Assembly: GCA_964230645.1 (NCBI GenBank)
Contig: CAXRHT010000003.1
Coordinates: 459,108 to 523,107, forward strand
Direction of reading: 5' to 3'
Source: Bdellovibrionales bacterium
GTDB lineage: Bacteria; Bdellovibrionota; Bdellovibrionia; Bdellovibrionales; JAGQZY01
DNA length: 64,000 bases
In this document: positions 61,738 to 64,000 of the stretch, in pieces
Numbering within the stretch: position 1 is the first letter of the stretch
Layout of the letters: every line of letters starts with the position of its first letter
Position numbers and translations under genes: made by a program
The notes under the pieces: generated by a model
What the model was told of the DNA's origin: nothing
What the model saw: only the letters and a program-made list of their open reading frames with translations
The model's database searches: none

Positions 61738-62913
61738 ATGACCTTAACAAATCTCTTAAAAATAATATTTCTGCTTCTACTAGTCAGTTGCTCTTGGTTT
61801 CAGTCAAAACCAAGCCCACAAAATAAAAATCAGCCCAAAATGGTTAAGGCTAAAGAGGAGTGGGGTGAGAAACCTCTTTTCGAATTGAAAGAACTGCGAG
61901 AAGACCTTCTTGCAAAATCGGGTCCCTTCGAATTGAGTAGGAAAGAAATCGAGCAGGACACTTACCTTATTGACCTGCAAAAACAACACAGAAAAGCTCT
62001 TGAGAGACAAAAAAGAGGAGAGCTCAGCGAAAAGCATTATTTGCCAGCTTCTTTAGAGTCCGAAATTTTTCGGAGAAAACTCTTTCTAATTGATCGAAAA
62101 ATTAAAAACAAAGCTCTTGTTGCCGAAGCGAAAAAAGTAGGGATGCCTCTAAGAGAATTCACTCAAAAGTACGTTTTTGTAAAAGTTCAGGAACAAGTCA
62201 GTGACACTCTCATTGAGAATTACAAGAACAGTCATAGTGTCCCTAATGTCACAAATCCCAATGAATGGATACGACAGCAAATCGTTGAAGACAACAAACA
62301 GCGCTCACAAGATTATTTTCTCGAAAAATTTGTGCTTAAGCTCCCTATTGAAGTGAATCTTAAAGCACCTAGTTTTCCTTTGGATGTGAAAACCGAATGG
62401 GTTCCAAGTGAGGGACCTAAAAACTCAAGTCTCCCGGTGCATCTATTTGCCGACTCCATTAGCTCCCCTAATATTAAAGCCACAAAAGCTTTGCTTGATG
62501 TGGCTTCTCGTTTTGAAAATCTTTATGTGGGAATTCATCCCATCATCAATGCGAAAGAGCCTTTCCGCTACATGGGAGCTATGATCCGATTTTGTGTCAA
62601 CGATACAAGTCCCAACGTTTATTTTGAATTTTTAGAAAAGTCTTTAGGAAATCACAAACAGGAAACGGAATCAGTTCTTCTCAATTTAGCCGATGAGATG
62701 GGCCTGCCAAGAAATGAAATTTTCGATTGTCTCAGAGAACAAAAATTCAAAGATGTTCTAGCTTATCATAGTGAGTTCAACCAGTATCTTGGGATTCAAG
62801 CCGGACCGATTCTTTACGTCGATGGGGAGATCCTGACCGGAGCTTTCGGGGAAAAGCAAATTGAGGCTATTTTTTGTCGCAAACTCAATTTGAACTGTTC
62901 AGCCATGTGGTAA
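61738..62913 (+). CDS. DsbA/thioredoxin-fold lipoprotein lacking the CxxC active site
   Basis: Lipobox LVSC, helical N-domain, then 'PSEGPKNSSLPVHLFADSISSPN' at the position of the DsbA-family 'P..G...A.VTIVEFSDFQCPFC', and 'GIQAGPILYVDG' at the position of 'GV.GTP.ffING'. Confidence 0.72.
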   Translation: MTLTNLLKIIFLLLLVSCSWFQSKPSPQNKNQPKMVKAKEEWGEKPLFELKELREDLLAKSGPFELSRKEIEQDTYLIDLQKQHRKALERQKRGELSEKHYLPASLESEIFRRKLFLIDRKIKNKALVAEAKKVGMPLREFTQKYVFVKVQEQVSDTLIENYKNSHSVPNVTNPNEWIRQQIVEDNKQRSQDYFLEKFVLKLPIEVNLKAPSFPLDVKTEWVPSEGPKNSSLPVHLFADSISSPNIKATKALLDVASRFENLYVGIHPIINAKEPFRYMGAMIRFCVNDTSPNVYFEFLEKSLGNHKQETESVLLNLADEMGLPRNEIFDCLREQKFKDVLAYHSEFNQYLGIQAGPILYVDGEILTGAFGEKQIEAIFCRKLNLNCSAMW

Positions 62914-63093
62914 AATTTATCAAATTTCTCAGCCGGCTATGTTTTTAAACAAAGCTTTCCCGAAGCTTGTGAACATTTTTCATTTAAGATTCATTTAAGA
63001 ATAAACCTACATAAATGGTGCTTAAATTCTTAAAGAGTTCTCGGACCGATAGTGGCAGATATCTCTTTCATTTAATTTTTATGGAGGATACCT

Positions 63094-63621
63094 ATGAAGA
63101 GGTTGTTGTTGTTCGTTGTCGTTAGTTTTTTTAGTTTTGGAGTCATGGCTCAAGAAGATTTAAAGCATGATGCTAATATTCGTTTAAATCCTGTCGGATT
63201 ACTTTTTGGGGTGGCCAATCTTGGGGCTGATTTTGCCGTGAACGAAAACTTCACTTTAGGAGGTAATGTCAGTTATTGGAATCTTGATGTTGGCAGCTCT
63301 GAGGCGGACGTTTTTGGATACGGAGTAAGAGGGCAGTTGTTTTTTGATGAGGTCTTTACGGACAGTTGGTACGCGGCCGCCTCTGTTTCTTTAAGTCAGG
63401 CTCGTGCTCGTAATACCAATTCTGGTAACGAAGCCTCTGTCGATGGGTTCACGATTAGTGGTATTATTGGTTATATGTGGATCTGGGACAATTTTAATAT
63501 GCAATTGGGCGGTGGAGTTCAGATTATTAACCTTGATGAGACGGCCAACTCCGATATCGATTTCGCTGGTCTCGGAGGAACCCTTCCCACGATCGAATAC
63601 AGTTTAGGTTGGGCGTTTTAA
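63094..63621 (+). CDS. Small outer-membrane beta-barrel protein (DUF3575-like)
   Basis: Signal peptide ending VMA/Q, 'NIRLNPVGLLFG', amphipathic strands and C-terminal YSLGWAF. Confidence 0.75.
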   Translation: MKRLLLFVVVSFFSFGVMAQEDLKHDANIRLNPVGLLFGVANLGADFAVNENFTLGGNVSYWNLDVGSSEADVFGYGVRGQLFFDEVFTDSWYAAASVSLSQARARNTNSGNEASVDGFTISGIIGYMWIWDNFNMQLGGGVQIINLDETANSDIDFAGLGGTLPTIEYSLGWAF

Positions 63622-63633
63622 AGCCGAACCCGT

Positions 63634-63662
63634 CTCTCCTATCAATCCTATCGATAGGAGAG
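63634..63662. terminator. Hairpin between convergent genes (probable bidirectional terminator)
   Basis: Perfect 10-bp stem CTCTCCTATC/GATAGGAGAG. Confidence 0.6.
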
Positions 63663-63676
63663 TTGTATTTATGGAT

Positions 63677-63973
63677 TTAATTCACACCAACGATGGCTTT
63701 GGCCTCGTCTTGATCCCATGAAGAAGTAAATACGTCTTCAATCATTTCGTGGAGCTTTTCACGGTCCTGAACGTAAGGGTGAAGTTTTCTCAAAGCGGTC
63801 ATTTGTTTATCGCTTGGAAAAAGATCCTCAAGAATGGTTTTTAGTTGTTCTGTCATGATCTCAGGATTTCCAGAGACTCCTTGGTAAGAAAGGATAAACT
63901 CATCAATAATTTCAAACTTCTCGTCATCGAACGAAGCGGAATCTATTTTATCGAGGAACTCCTGAGTACTCAT
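63677..63973 (-). CDS. DUF4476-like domain protein; may extend beyond the window end
   Basis: 'SASFDDEK...TEQLKTIL...PYVQDRE...VF.SS' resembles DUF4476. The frame stays open upstream of the ATG to position 64000. Confidence 0.6.
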   Translation of the reverse strand: MSTQEFLDKIDSASFDDEKFEIIDEFILSYQGVSGNPEIMTEQLKTILEDLFPSDKQMTALRKLHPYVQDREKLHEMIEDVFTSSWDQDEAKAIVGVN

Positions 63974-64000
63974 TGCAAAAAACTTTTTGGTTAGAAGTCT

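Overview
This ~42% GC chromosomal window most likely comes from a Bdellovibrionota-type predatory bacterium. That is an inference from four short 275-281 aa flagellins lacking large D2/D3 inserts, a DUF2802 protein, and Cys-rich or Gly-rich secreted hypothetical proteins. The first half is a flagellar and housekeeping region: the C-terminal part of an S8 protease, a TPP-riboswitch-controlled TonB-dependent receptor, four flagellins, a nucleotidyltransferase with an overlapping 34-aa ORF, three large secreted hypothetical proteins, thyA-folA, an HD phosphohydrolase, flaG/fliD/fliS, a sigma54-type operon (TPR protein, hypotheticals, histidine kinase, response regulator, rsmD), an aminotransferase and a 5'-nucleotidase-like enzyme. 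The second half is dominated by one 28.9-kb ORF (9,628 aa). It encodes a putative lipid-anchored adhesin with 78 disulfide-bearing Ig-like repeats (ASH/HYDIN, choice-of-anchor-D-like, counted by hand). Its centre is a 7-domain, 805-aa super-repeat present about 6.6 times, followed by four Ig/FN3-like domains and a unique tip domain. Downstream lie a small secreted protein and a DsbA-like lipoprotein that has lost its CxxC. This adhesin module is the best candidate for an undescribed system. Non-coding highlights are a 219-nt, ~60% GC branched palindrome with a 49-bp stem, a REP-like repeat cluster bracketing an orphan gene, CsrA-type GGA hairpins in flagellin leaders, and FliA and sigma54 promoter matches. 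No tRNA, rRNA, CRISPR array, transposase or integrase was seen. All family assignments are by eye from motifs; no searches were run.
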